From Limnothrix sp. BL-A-16 (lineage in GTDB: Bacteria; Cyanobacteriota; Cyanobacteriia; CACIAM-69d): a DNA stretch of 64,000 nt. Shown here piece after piece: positions 63,933-64,000 of the stretch. A model generated the notes under the pieces. That model was not told the origin of the DNA and made no database searches. It was given only the letters and a program-made list of their open reading frames with translations. Made by a program: the position numbers and the translations under genes. Within the stretch, counting starts at the first letter, position 1, and every line of letters starts with the position of its first letter. The stretch lies in contig CP166615.1 of the NCBI GenBank assembly GCA_041937175.2, forward strand, positions 1,184,001 through 1,248,000. Direction: 5' to 3'.

Positions 63933-64000
63933 TATCAGCCGGTACTATCAGCCCGAATTCCTTACCACCAATTAATAATAGTCTTCACATGATTCAAGCC

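Overview
Chromosomal window from a GC-rich cyanobacterium. The HIP1 octamer GCGATCGC is very frequent; the style suggests a Limnothrix-like filamentous strain, which is inference only. Gene content is mostly housekeeping and envelope: tal, glutaminase, cysQ, glycerate kinase, ABC/MFS transporters, Ski2-like helicase, cellulose-synthase-like GT2, folB, cobA/hemD, ychF, ilvE, prfB with its +1 frameshift, wza/wzc-like, gap1, CHAT protein, LysR, 1-Cys peroxiredoxin, purH, ctp protease, sir, murB, murC, gap2, and an IS630 element with an amber stop. The notable features are non-coding. (1) Two ~166-nt orphan modules resemble the TnpB omega/reRNA plus IS200/IS605 right end. They have matching boundaries and no tnpB or left end, and each lies in sense orientation 28 or 42 nt before the start codon of a core gene (prx, gap2). 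(2) A 20-bp palindrome, CAAGGGGCTTAAGCCCCTTG, occurs in 10 perfect copies, several at a fixed ~56-57 bp offset inside two MITE families. One family appears to insert into the centre of the palindrome it carries, and one member carries a GTAG-type REP doublet instead. No rRNA, tRNA or CRISPR array was recognised. All calls were made by eye, without database searches.
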